From the NCBI GenBank assembly GCA_036786375.1, contig DAIQRJ010000005.1, positions 80,635-144,634 of the forward strand: DNA of 64,000 nucleotides, given 5' to 3'. Below, in pieces: positions 56,946 to 63,456 of the stretch. The DNA is from Actinopolymorphaceae bacterium. GTDB lineage: Bacteria > Actinomycetota > Actinomycetes > Propionibacteriales > DAIQRJ01. Position 1 is the first letter of the stretch. Each line of letters opens with the position of its first letter. The notes under the pieces were generated by a model. The model did no database searches. It was given only the letters and a program-made list of their open reading frames with translations, and was not told the origin of the DNA. The position numbers and the translations under genes are program-made.

Positions 56946-57383
56946 TCAGGCCGGGTGGACTCGACGGCCAGCCATCTGATCGAGGGGAAGCCGGACGTAC
57001 ACCGAGCGCATACCTTCGGCCCACGGCTCCGGGGTCTCTCCGACGTCCATCGCTCGTAGAGATTCGCCAGGAAGCTCTTCTGCTGTGCCGGATACGAGGA
57101 CATTCCATCCGCTCAGCAGGAACTCGTCGAAGCTGTCGACCTCGAACGCAACCTGTCGGCCGACGCACCGCGCGGCCTCCGAGTGCGGGGCCGTGCGGAA
57201 CACCAGATGGCGATCGGCGACCACGAAGTTCATGGGCACGATGCGTTGGGCGTCCCCGACGCTGAAGCCGAGCCGGCCGATGTTCGTGGTGACGAGCAGG
57301 CTCGCGCACTCGGCTGCTTCGAGCACCTCGAGCCGGCCACCGCGATATGCAGGTTCCCACCAGGTCCCCAGTGCACTGGACAT
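56946..57383 (-). CDS. PPOX family protein, paralog 4
   Basis: 145 aa from ATG 57383 (GAGGAGG upstream). ..LEAAECASLLVTTNIGRLGF..IVPMNFVVADRHLVFRTAPHSE..VAFEVDS..GWNVLVSGTAEEL..MAGRRV. Confidence 0.75.
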   Translation of the reverse strand: MSSALGTWWEPAYRGGRLEVLEAAECASLLVTTNIGRLGFSVGDAQRIVPMNFVVADRHLVFRTAPHSEAARCVGRQVAFEVDSFDEFLLSGWNVLVSGTAEELPGESLRAMDVGETPEPWAEGMRSVYVRLPLDQMAGRRVHPA

Positions 57384-57475
57384 GTGTTTCCTCCTCATCG
57401 GTAGCAATCGACTACGTGACTTCGGCACTGCCTCAGTCGCTTCCGACGGTAGCCGCGCAGACGGGTCCCTCCGGA

Positions 57476-57489
57476 GAGTCGAAAGTCCT
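57476..57489. promoter_or_regulatory. Candidate DosR/DevR-like operator (degenerate left half)
   Basis: GAGTCGAAAGTCCT lies 93 nt upstream of the PPOX-4 start. A GGGTCCC element lies 7 nt further upstream (57463-57469). Confidence 0.25.
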
Positions 57490-57676
57490 CATCATGCGGA
57501 CATCGCAGGCTGATCCGGCGTATCTGCACTGTCGGAGCCCGGACCGGCCGCGCGCCGAGTCTCGACCCGACAGCTCCCGGACTTCGCGGTCCGAATCGCG
57601 GCCCGCTTCGTCGACCGTTGAACGCCAAGCCATGTGAAATCCGGCAGGGCTAGAGCGGGCTCACCGAGCAGGCCGC

Positions 57677-59797
57677 TCAGACCACCGGCCGGACGCCCAC
57701 GTTGCCGACCTTGATTGCGCCGGTGTCGACGACGATGCCCAGCGCGCCGCCGTCGAGGCGTCCATCTGCGTCGTCCGAGTGGTCAGTCGCGTCGAGGTCA
57801 GTGCCGTTGACGGACGCGGCGAGACGCACCGAACCGGGGCGCCCGCTGACCGAGATGGTGATCCGGTACTCGCTGTCGAGGTGCCAGGCGACCTTCGCCT
57901 CGGCGAGCACCGCCTCGGAGTCGTCGACGACCTTCACCAGTTGAACAACACCGTCGCGGGACACGAGAACGGCGTAGTACCGCCGCATTCCCTGTGTACG
58001 AACGGAAATCCCGGTCACGTCGGCGAGGTGCGGCGTGATCGTCGCGGTCACTTCGTAGTCGCGCCATTCCCGCGTGCCGTGCTGGACGAGCCCACGACCG
58101 CGATCCTGGGCCATCCACAGATGCCGGTCGGGATGGCTGCCAACGTGATCCATGAAGTGGTCGACGCCTTCGACCCAGGCGCGGCTCCACATCGTGCTCG
58201 TCTCGGTCGGCTGCCGCAGCGTCACGTCGGGCTCGCCGGTCCAGCCGAGCCGGTCGAGGTCGATCCGGTCGCCCGGCTCACCGTCGAAGACCACTCCGAC
58301 CTGGTGGATCGGCTGACCGCCGACATCGGGCACCAGCAGCTCGAGTCGCGCACTGGATCCGGCAATGACGGTGACCAGGTCGCCCAAGACCTGCCGGTCC
58401 TCGTCGTGAGCGCCGTAGTGGTGGATCACCAAGCGGGCGGTGACATCGGCGGTGTTGGACGCGTCGGCGACGACGGTCGCCGTCACGGTCTGACCCGGGT
58501 AGAGTGTCGGTGACGCGAGCAGTTGGTATCCGGGCATCTGGAAGTCCTCGGGCGCCAGGAAGGTCGGCGTCGTCACCTCGGTGACGCCGCTGAGAACGAC
58601 GCTCAGCCGGCGCTCGTCGGGATCGTCCGCTCCGCGTGCTCCCAGTGACCCGTCGCCCGAGCAGATCGTGAAGCCCTGGACGGATCCGGGCAGCGAGAAG
58701 TGAAAGCGCGCGCCGTCCTTGGGCTGCAGCGAACCGAGGCCGGCGAGCGCCCGGCCGACGTTGGCGACAGCAAGTGCCTCCCGGGCGACGTCGGTGACCG
58801 TGCCCCCACCGTCGGCCGTGGGCATGATGATGCGGTCGGCGACCGGGGATCGCCAGTCCTGCTCGGCGGTCAAGGCAGCGACGCCGTTGCGGATACCGAG
58901 GAGGCAACCGAGATTCCCGGAGTTGCAATCAGTGTCCCAGCCGCAGGTGTTCACGATCATCATCGAGCGGTCCCAGTCGCCGTCGCCGTAGAGCAGCGCA
59001 AGGATGATCAGGCCGTGGTTGGGGATGACGTGGCAGCCCCCGCCGTAGCGGTGGTAGCCGTAGTCACGGTCGAGGAGGTCGCGGGCGGCCCGCCAGTCCG
59101 GCTCTTCAATACGCCAACGACGGATGCCGGCGATCATCGTGGCGATCAGGCTGTCAGCGGGGACGAACCGCAGGCCGGTGTCGATCAGCTCGTCGATGTC
59201 GTCGGTGACGAACGCCTGTGCCTCCATGGCCGCGAGGAGCTGGGCGGCGTAGACGGACTCGCCGTCGTGGCTCACGCTGCCGGCCCGGCGGGCCAGGTCC
59301 GCGGCGAGGCCGGGACGTCCAGGGGCGACCATCGCCCACCCGTCGATGAAGATCTGCGCACCGATCTGCTCGGCGACGACCTGCCCGTTCAGCTCCATCG
59401 ACCCGCTTGCCGGCGCCTTGATGCCGGCGGCGAGCCGCAGGTAGGCGGTGTGTTCGGTGGACACGCCCATGCCACCCCACCAGAGGACGGTCTTGCGCTC
59501 GACCAGGTAGTTGAGCCAGGTGTTGCCGATCTGGGCGGGCGTCAGGTCGAGGGTCGAGCCGTGGTCGGGGAGCGCTCGCAGGAAGGTGAAGGTGCCGCTG
59601 ATGTCGTCGTCGGCGACCACGAGCGGCACACCGACCTTGTCGTGCACGTAGAAGTCGATGTCGCCGAACTGGGCGGCGATGCGCTCGTGGGACCAGCCTT
59701 CGAACGGGCGGCCGAGGTAGACGCCCAGGACTTTGCCGAGGCAGCCTGCGTACACGCGGTCGAGGTAGTCAGCCGGGAGGGCGTCGGTGCCGGGCAT
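57677..59797 (-). CDS. ADP-ribosylglycohydrolase family protein with long C-terminal beta-rich extension
   Basis: 706 aa. The N-terminal ~370 aa carries ARH signatures (..PLVVADDDISGTF.., ..NTCGWDTDCNSGNLGCLLGIRNG..). The C-terminal ~330 aa is all-beta-like and ends in a concanavalin-A/DUF1080-like pattern (..WRDYEVTATITP..YYAVLVSRDGVVQLVKV..). Confidence 0.8.
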   Translation of the reverse strand: MPGTDALPADYLDRVYAGCLGKVLGVYLGRPFEGWSHERIAAQFGDIDFYVHDKVGVPLVVADDDISGTFTFLRALPDHGSTLDLTPAQIGNTWLNYLVERKTVLWWGGMGVSTEHTAYLRLAAGIKAPASGSMELNGQVVAEQIGAQIFIDGWAMVAPGRPGLAADLARRAGSVSHDGESVYAAQLLAAMEAQAFVTDDIDELIDTGLRFVPADSLIATMIAGIRRWRIEEPDWRAARDLLDRDYGYHRYGGGCHVIPNHGLIILALLYGDGDWDRSMMIVNTCGWDTDCNSGNLGCLLGIRNGVAALTAEQDWRSPVADRIIMPTADGGGTVTDVAREALAVANVGRALAGLGSLQPKDGARFHFSLPGSVQGFTICSGDGSLGARGADDPDERRLSVVLSGVTEVTTPTFLAPEDFQMPGYQLLASPTLYPGQTVTATVVADASNTADVTARLVIHHYGAHDEDRQVLGDLVTVIAGSSARLELLVPDVGGQPIHQVGVVFDGEPGDRIDLDRLGWTGEPDVTLRQPTETSTMWSRAWVEGVDHFMDHVGSHPDRHLWMAQDRGRGLVQHGTREWRDYEVTATITPHLADVTGISVRTQGMRRYYAVLVSRDGVVQLVKVVDDSEAVLAEAKVAWHLDSEYRITISVSGRPGSVRLAASVNGTDLDATDHSDDADGRLDGGALGIVVDTGAIKVGNVGVRPVV

Positions 59798-60018
59798 GCG
59801 GATCCGTCCTATCGGGAGTTCAGCGTTGGGTCGTCAGGTGGTTCCAGCGTCAATCCTCCCGTCTGCGCCGGCTGTCGACCTAGCGTCGGGCTCGGATCCG
59901 GCGGATGTCGGCCTGCTCAGGGCCGGAACTTCGTCGCCAGCCTGTGAGTCTCCATATTGGAGCTCGATCGGCTCGGAGTGGTTCGGGGCCGTGTCGAGGC
60001 GGCTTATGACGAGTCGGC

Positions 60019-61224
60019 TCAGTTGCTGACTCGATTCGTCAGTACCTCGAGTACGCGCGGAGCGAAGAAGCGGCGCTTGTACGCGTTCGAGTTCACGACG
60101 TCGAGGAGCCCGAGATCGACGAGTTGCCCCACGAGCTTGTTGGCACGGCCGTAGGAAATGCCCAGGTCCCTCTCGACCTTGCGCACCGTGAACGTCGGGT
60201 TGGCCACCGCCAGGTCGACGAGGGCGTGAGCGCTATCTGCACGGAGAGGCGAGGACCGCACGTGGTCCTTGAGTTCGGACTGCACCGCAGAGAGAGCGAT
60301 CATCTCGGTCCTGGTTGCGTCCGCTGCCTGCCGGAGGCCTTCGGCGAAGAACCGCACGAATCCGTCCCAGTCGTTGCGAGTGCTGACTCCGAGAAGCCCG
60401 TCGTAGTACTCGCCGCGTCGTGCCTCGAACCACGGCGAGACGGTCAGGGTCGGCTCGCTCAGCACACCGGCCGCCTGCAGAAACAGCACGATCATCAGGC
60501 GCCCGATGCGACCGTTGCCGTCGCGGAACGGGTGCAGCGCCTCCAGCTGATAGTGCGACATCGCTGCCCCCACCACCGGGTCGATGTCGGCGCGCCGGTC
60601 GACGCGCATCCAGTCGGCCAACGCCTGGACCCCCAGCTGGAGGTCGTCTCCGGGTGGGGGAGGCACGAAGCGGGCGTTGTGGACCGGGAACCCGGCGGGA
60701 TCGGCGTCGCCGCGCCGGCCGATAACTACCTGCCCGTCACGGAGCCGACCCGACTCACCAGCGAGCGGCGTGCCGCGCATGAGCAGACCCTGCAGGTCGC
60801 TGAAGAACGCCACCGAGAAAGGCCGACCATCACTGACCCACTCGAAGCCGTGGTTGGCAGCCCTTACGTAGTTGAGGATCTCCACCAGCTCCGCGGTCTG
60901 TGGGTCATCTTCGTCTGCGATGAGAACGTCCGCGAGCGGAGCGTAGGTCCCCTCCAGCGCAGACGTGCTCTGTGCCTCCCGGCGCAGTGTCGGAAGGCGC
61001 AGCAGGGTCGGGTTCGGCAGCTGCCGCGCCGTGTTGTCCAGCGCAGCGAGTGCCGCCCGAGCATCAGCGACCCTCATGAAGGTCCGCGGATCGAGCGCCG
61101 GCATGGCCTCACCCAGCGGGTCGGGTACGAAGGCGCGGTGCTCCCACTCGCCCAGGACAGGGTCCCTGTCCCGGATGGCGACAAGTCGCCCCGGAGCCTC
61201 ATAGGCGAACATCGTCAGATCCAC
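60019..61224 (-). CDS. Fic family protein (AMPylase-type core) with C-terminal winged-helix-like tail
   Basis: 401 aa from GTG 61224. It has the canonical Fic motif HPFRDGNGRIGR and an N-terminal Fic/DOC-N-like region. Confidence 0.9.
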   Translation of the reverse strand: MDLTMFAYEAPGRLVAIRDRDPVLGEWEHRAFVPDPLGEAMPALDPRTFMRVADARAALAALDNTARQLPNPTLLRLPTLRREAQSTSALEGTYAPLADVLIADEDDPQTAELVEILNYVRAANHGFEWVSDGRPFSVAFFSDLQGLLMRGTPLAGESGRLRDGQVVIGRRGDADPAGFPVHNARFVPPPPGDDLQLGVQALADWMRVDRRADIDPVVGAAMSHYQLEALHPFRDGNGRIGRLMIVLFLQAAGVLSEPTLTVSPWFEARRGEYYDGLLGVSTRNDWDGFVRFFAEGLRQAADATRTEMIALSAVQSELKDHVRSSPLRADSAHALVDLAVANPTFTVRKVERDLGISYGRANKLVGQLVDLGLLDVVNSNAYKRRFFAPRVLEVLTNRVSN

Positions 61225-61258
61225 AATGTCACTCTAGCGGCACTTGAGTGACATTGTG
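61222..61258. promoter_or_regulatory. Inverted repeat overlapping the Fic start codon
   Basis: CACAATGTCACT (61222-61233) pairs with AGTGACATTGTG (61247-61258): 12 bp perfect with a 13-nt loop. The first arm contains the complement of the GTG start codon (61222-61224). Confidence 0.4.
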
Positions 61259-61356
61259 TGGCACAGCATGTCCGTGAACGACAACTTCAGTGCGACGACG
61301 GTCCAGCCGGCCCAACCCTTGAGCGGGACCGCGTTCGCTGGGGAGCTGCGATTGCC

Positions 61357-61386
61357 TTGCAGTCGATGGTAATACCCGGGTAGCAT
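61357..61386 (+). promoter_or_regulatory. Putative promoter giving a leaderless antitoxin-toxin transcript
   Basis: TTGCAG (61357-61362), an 18-nt spacer, and TAGCAT (61381-61386). The antitoxin ATG at 61393 lies 6 nt after the -10 element, and no Shine-Dalgarno is present. Confidence 0.3.
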
Positions 61387-61392
61387 CGCGGT

Positions 61393-61623
61393 ATGAAGCT
61401 TAGCGTGAGCCTGCCCGAGGAAGACGTAGCCGTCTTGGACGAGTACGCCCGAACCTCAGGTCTACCGTCTCGATCCGCCGCACTTCAGCACGCGATCCAG
61501 CTGCTCCGTCATGCTGATCTCGACCAGGATTACGCATCCGCTTGGGACGAATGGGAAGCATCGGGCGATCAGGCGTTGTGGGAAGCCACCGCTGCCGACG
61601 GGCTCGCCGATGCAGAGCGGTGA
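61393..61623 (+). CDS. Ribbon-helix-helix (CopG-like) type II antitoxin
   Basis: 76 aa. [38 protein letters not shown].. is an RHH pattern. It overlaps the toxin gene by 14 nt. Confidence 0.8.
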   Translation: MKLSVSLPEEDVAVLDEYARTSGLPSRSAALQHAIQLLRHADLDQDYASAWDEWEASGDQALWEATAADGLADAER

Positions 61624-61957
61624 GGTACGTCTGATCGACCTCGAGCCCGCGCGAGGAAGCGAAGCCAACAAGCGCCGGCCCGGGATCATCGTCAGCAATG
61701 ACCGGGCGAACGCCGCAGCCGACCGACTAGGGCACGGTGTCGTGACCGTAATACCCGTGACCAGCAACACCGCTCGCGTCTTCCCATTTCAGGTTCTTCT
61801 GCTGGCGAGCTCAACCGGCCTGCGGGTCGACTCAAAGGCTCAGGCCGAGCAGGTGCGTTCAGTGACCGTCGAACGCATTGGACCTGTTCTGGGTCGGGTG
61901 CCGGCACAGGTCATGGCGGCGGTAGACGAGGCCCTCCGCCTACACCTGCAGCTGTAG
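61610..61957 (+). CDS. mazF: MazF/PemK family type II toxin endoribonuclease
   Basis: 115 aa from ATG 61610. ..[28 protein letters not shown].., ..VTVIPVTSN.. and ..[16 protein letters not shown]... Confidence 0.85.
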   Translation: MQSGEVRLIDLEPARGSEANKRRPGIIVSNDRANAAADRLGHGVVTVIPVTSNTARVFPFQVLLLASSTGLRVDSKAQAEQVRSVTVERIGPVLGRVPAQVMAAVDEALRLHLQL

Positions 61958-62030
61958 TGCAACAGGCCGCGCACCTGCAATGAAGGGATATCCGGCGGCT
62001 GGGATGAAGCGCCGGGCTCAGGTGCGTCGC

Positions 62031-62198
62031 TCACTCCCAAAGTTTCGGCGTGTAGGGCATGTCAGAACAGTCACCCGGCGAGGCGTCGCGCACCCAAATG
62101 CAATGCGTCCCGTCAGCGCCGTGGTCCCTGGCTTCGGCTTCGGTCGCGTAGGCGTAGATGGGGTCCCAGTACGGATCGAATACAACGAACGCGCCCAT
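62031..62198 (-). CDS. 55-aa hypothetical protein
   Basis: ATG 62198 is preceded by AAGGAG. The sequence is MGAFVVFDPYWDPIYAYATEAEARDHGADGTHCIWVRDASPGDCSDMPYTPKLWE*. The longer 126-aa track ORF has an Arg-rich, non-protein-like N-terminus. Confidence 0.4.
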   Translation of the reverse strand: MGAFVVFDPYWDPIYAYATEAEARDHGADGTHCIWVRDASPGDCSDMPYTPKLWE

Positions 62199-62647
62199 GC
62201 GCACTCCTTGTCGGACCGAACTACCGATGTGTGCGGATATGTGCTGCACGCGATCGAGAGTACCCCGCTGAAGCGGGCGACCGCCGAGGGTTGATTGGCG
62301 CACCGGGGACCGATAACCGGTTGCCTCTCGGGAGCGGGTCAGTCTTCGGCTGCCGCCACGGCCCTCGTTGTCGCCTCGCCGATTCACGATCTGACTGACT
62401 ACGCACGGCAACGCTCTACGACTGGCGCGCTAGATCGCGCATTCGGGAGCGCCTCGATCTAGGAGCCGCTCCGCCGCCCGGCGGCGCAGCCAATCGTCAC
62501 TCGGAGTCCCACGCGGGCGCCCCGAGACCCGGTTAGTCGAGTGGGCGCCCAGGCAATCGCACTTGCCCGTTCGGTCGAGTTGGCGGCCCAGACGCAGCCT
62601 CTGCTGGTAGAAACGCAGCGACGACTACGGCACACAAAGGGGTACGC

Positions 62648-63445
62648 ATGCGCGGGCTGCCGATCGGCACGCACGTCACCGATGAGGGGAACGGTGTTAC
62701 CTACCGGCTTGACGAGCATCTCGGACAAGGCGGCTTCGGCACCGCCTACCGGGCTGTGGAGTTGAACAGCAATGACGGCGTCAAACGGAACTCGGATACG
62801 TGCCTCAAGCTGTCGTCGTATGCCGAGCAGTGGCACGGAGAGGTCTACTTCGGGAACCTGCTCCGCGATGTCGGGCATGTCGTCGAACTGAAGTCGGCGT
62901 TTCCGACGACGGTCATCCAGGGTGGAAAACGCAGAACGGTGTTCGCCATCAACATGGAGTGGATCGCTGACGGCACTGTCCGCGACGAGTGCAAACGCGG
63001 CCGATCCGGATGGACTGAGGCCCAGGTCTGCCGTCGCGTACGACTCCTGCTCAGACCGCTGGTTTTGCTCCACAGCATGGGCGTCTCGCATCGCGACATC
63101 ACGCCGCCCAATGTTTTCGTCGGTAATCTGAAGGTGCTGAAGCTGGGAGATTTCGGCATTACCAAGGCACAGCTGAAGCCATCCGGTGTCCATGCCGACA
63201 TGCTCAATGAGGCTTTCGCTCCCCGCGACTTGGGTACGTGGTGGCGCCCAGCAGATGACGTCTATCAAGTTGGACTGCTGATGGCCACCCTCGTATCCGG
63301 ACGGGAGTTCTACACCGGAGTCAGCAAACCTGAGATCAATCAGATCACGATTAAGGGCAAGTTGCGTGACGCCATCAAAGCTGCCCTCAGCGTGAAGTCG
63401 CAGCGACCTCAAACTGCAGCCACCCTGGCCTCGATGCTCGCCTAG
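62648..63445 (+). CDS. Stand-alone minimal Hanks-type Ser/Thr protein kinase-like protein
   Basis: 265 aa. Gly-rich loop LGQGGFGTAY, candidate beta-3 Lys in ..DTCLKLS.., catalytic loop ..SHRDITPPNVF.., DFG in ..LKLGDFGITK... The APE position reads APRD. There is no TM, PASTA or other sensor domain. Codon third positions look less GC-biased than in core genes. Confidence 0.75.
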   Translation: MRGLPIGTHVTDEGNGVTYRLDEHLGQGGFGTAYRAVELNSNDGVKRNSDTCLKLSSYAEQWHGEVYFGNLLRDVGHVVELKSAFPTTVIQGGKRRTVFAINMEWIADGTVRDECKRGRSGWTEAQVCRRVRLLLRPLVLLHSMGVSHRDITPPNVFVGNLKVLKLGDFGITKAQLKPSGVHADMLNEAFAPRDLGTWWRPADDVYQVGLLMATLVSGREFYTGVSKPEINQITIKGKLRDAIKAALSVKSQRPQTAATLASMLA

Positions 63446-63456
63446 CCTCCACAGGA

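Noticed and set aside
62514-62549. Two copies of GGGCGCCC 20 nt apart upstream of the kinase, as a defined regulatory element
   Set aside because: It is a short, self-complementary, GC-only 8-mer and is easily produced by chance. It is mentioned only as part of the untranslated spacer finding.
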